NCBI GenBank assembly: GCA_964016885.1
Contig: OZ024744.1
Span: 558,001-622,000 of the forward strand
Direction of reading: 5' to 3'
Source: Eledone cirrhosa
Taxonomy: Eukaryota
DNA: 64,000 nucleotides
Shown: piece by piece, positions 63,150-64,000 of the stretch
How the letters are laid out: every line of letters begins with the position of its first letter
How positions within the stretch are numbered: position 1 is the first letter of the stretch
Notes under the pieces: model-generated
Database searches by the model: none
Seen by the model: only the letters and a program-made list of their open reading frames with translations
What the model was told of the DNA's origin: nothing
Made by a program: the position numbers and the translations under genes

Positions 63150-64000
63150 AACGAAGTTTTGGGGGAAGACAAGGTAGAGATAGATAGCTTGGTGAAGAAC
63201 GAAGTTTGAGGGAAGACAAGGTAGAGAAAGATAGCTTGGTGAAGAACGAAGTTTGAGGGAAGACAAGGTAGAGAAAGATAGCTTGGTGAAGAACGAAGAT
63301 TTGACGGAAGACAAGGTAGAGAAATATAGCTTGATGAAGAACGAAGTTTTGAGGGAAGACAAGGTAGAGAAAGATAGGTTGATGAAGAACGAAGTTTGGG
63401 GGCAGATAAGGTAGAGAAAGATAGCTTGGTGAAGAACGAAGTTTGAGGGAAGACAAGGTAGAGAAAGATAGCTTGGTGAAGAACGAAGATTTGACGGAAG
63501 ACAAGGTAGAGAAATATAGCTTGATGAAGAACGAAGTTTTGAGGGAAGACAAGGTAGAGAAAGATAGGTTGATGAAGAACGAAGTTTGGGGGCAGATAAG
63601 GTAGAGAAAGATAGCTTGGTGAAGAACGAAGTTTTGAGGGAAGACAAGGTAGAGAAAGATGGCTTGGTGAAGAACGAAGTTTTGGGGGAAGACAAGGTAG
63701 AGAAAGATAGCTTGGTGAAGAACGAAGTTTTGAGGGAAGACAAGGTAGAGAAAGATAGCTTGGTGAAGAAAGAAGTTTTGGGGGAAGACAAGGTAGAGAA
63801 AGATAGCTTGGTGAAGAACGAAGTTTTGAGGGAAGACAAGGTAGAGAAAGATAGCTTGGTGAAGAACGAAGTTTTGAGGGAAGACCAGGTAGAGAAAGAT
63901 AGTTGTGAAGAACGAAGTTTTGAGGGAAGACAAGGTAGAGAAAGATAGCTTGGTGAAGGACGACGGTTTGAGGGAAGACAAGGTAGAGAAAGATAGCTTG
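63150..64000. repeat. Non-adjacent partial copy of the 1,814-bp unit (offset 3,917)
   Basis: ORF 63586 is identical to 59669. Same 190-bp doublet and the GATGGCTT, AAGAAAGAAG, GACCAGG..GATAGTTGTG markers. Confidence 0.88.

Larger units (their letters stand above)
1..64000. repeat. 48-bp tandem satellite array (~1,340 monomers, single orientation, extends past both window edges)
   Basis: Every line is a phase of GTGAAGAACGAAGTTTTG(A/G)GGGAAGACAAGGTAGAGAAAGATAGCTTG (exact at 26-73). Monomers differ from consensus by 0 to about 4 changes, with frequent 47-bp variants. No non-repeat sequence seen. Confidence 0.99.
26821..64000. repeat. Sub-array B (variant set B)
   Basis: Variants first appearing after ~26,820 and recurring to the end: GAAGTTTGAGGG (T deletion), TTGACGGAAG..AAATATAGC, GATAGGTTGATG, GTTTGGGGGCAGATAAGG, GATGAAGTACGAA, TTTTGTGGGAAG..AAACATAGTTGG, GGTATAGAAAG, TTTTCGGGGAAGAAAAGG, GAAGTTATGAGGG. 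Confidence 0.9.

Noticed and set aside
1-64000. CRISPR array (48-bp periodicity)
   Set aside because: There are no unique spacers, since the whole period is conserved, and there is no leader or cas gene.
1-64000. Telomeric repeat (TTTTGGGGG / TTTTGAGGG resemble T4G4 or TTTAGGG)
   Set aside because: The motif occurs once per 48 bp and never in tandem. The match is short and inexact.
1-64000. Canonical G-quadruplex array
   Set aside because: There is only one G3-G5 tract per monomer, with ~43-45-nt loops, far beyond canonical loop lengths. The other tracts are only GG.
1-64000. Programmed frameshifting, phase variation or antigenic-variation cassette system
   Set aside because: No expression site, recombinase, reverse transcriptase or unique flanks are present. 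Variant patterns are fully explained by point mutation plus block duplication.
1-64000. Synthetic construct (BbsI GAAGAC and AluI AGCT in nearly every monomer) or pure sequencing artefact
   Set aside because: The sites are simply part of the consensus. Hierarchically shared variants indicate natural descent, although individual near-identical duplications still need read validation.
1-64000. Transposon, LTR, rDNA spacer with genes, or tRNA/ncRNA genes
   Set aside because: No terminal repeats, target-site duplications, coding domains or non-satellite sequence were seen. The C-poor strand has little capacity for stable stems.

Overview
The whole 64,000-bp window is one uninterrupted, head-to-tail tandem array of a 48-bp monomer. 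The consensus is GTGAAGAACGAAGTTTTG(A/G)GGGAAGACAAGGTAGAGAAAGATAGCTTG, with an exact copy at 26-73, and there are roughly 1,340 copies running off both ends. I see no unique sequence, inversion, transposon, RNA gene, CRISPR spacer or credible protein-coding gene. The ORFs in the track are by-products of the repeat: one + frame of the consensus is stop-free (VKNEVL[R/G]EDKVEKDSL) but is broken by a 1-bp deletion every few monomers, and all three minus-strand frames are open because the consensus lacks TTA, CTA and TCA. The real structure is in the order of variant monomers. There are two sub-arrays with different diagnostic variants that meet at about 26.8 kb, and a nested set of recent multi-monomer duplications (offsets 573, 909/1053, 1002, 1241, 1624, 1770, 1814, 1866, 2055/2102, 2198, 3542/3830, 6029 bp) with no single fixed higher-order period. 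This looks like eukaryotic satellite DNA (heterochromatic, (peri)centromeric or subtelomeric). I do not recognise the family or organism, and I found no evidence of a new gene system. Duplication offsets come from matching markers and the ORF track; block edges are approximate to about one monomer and were read by eye, not aligned.
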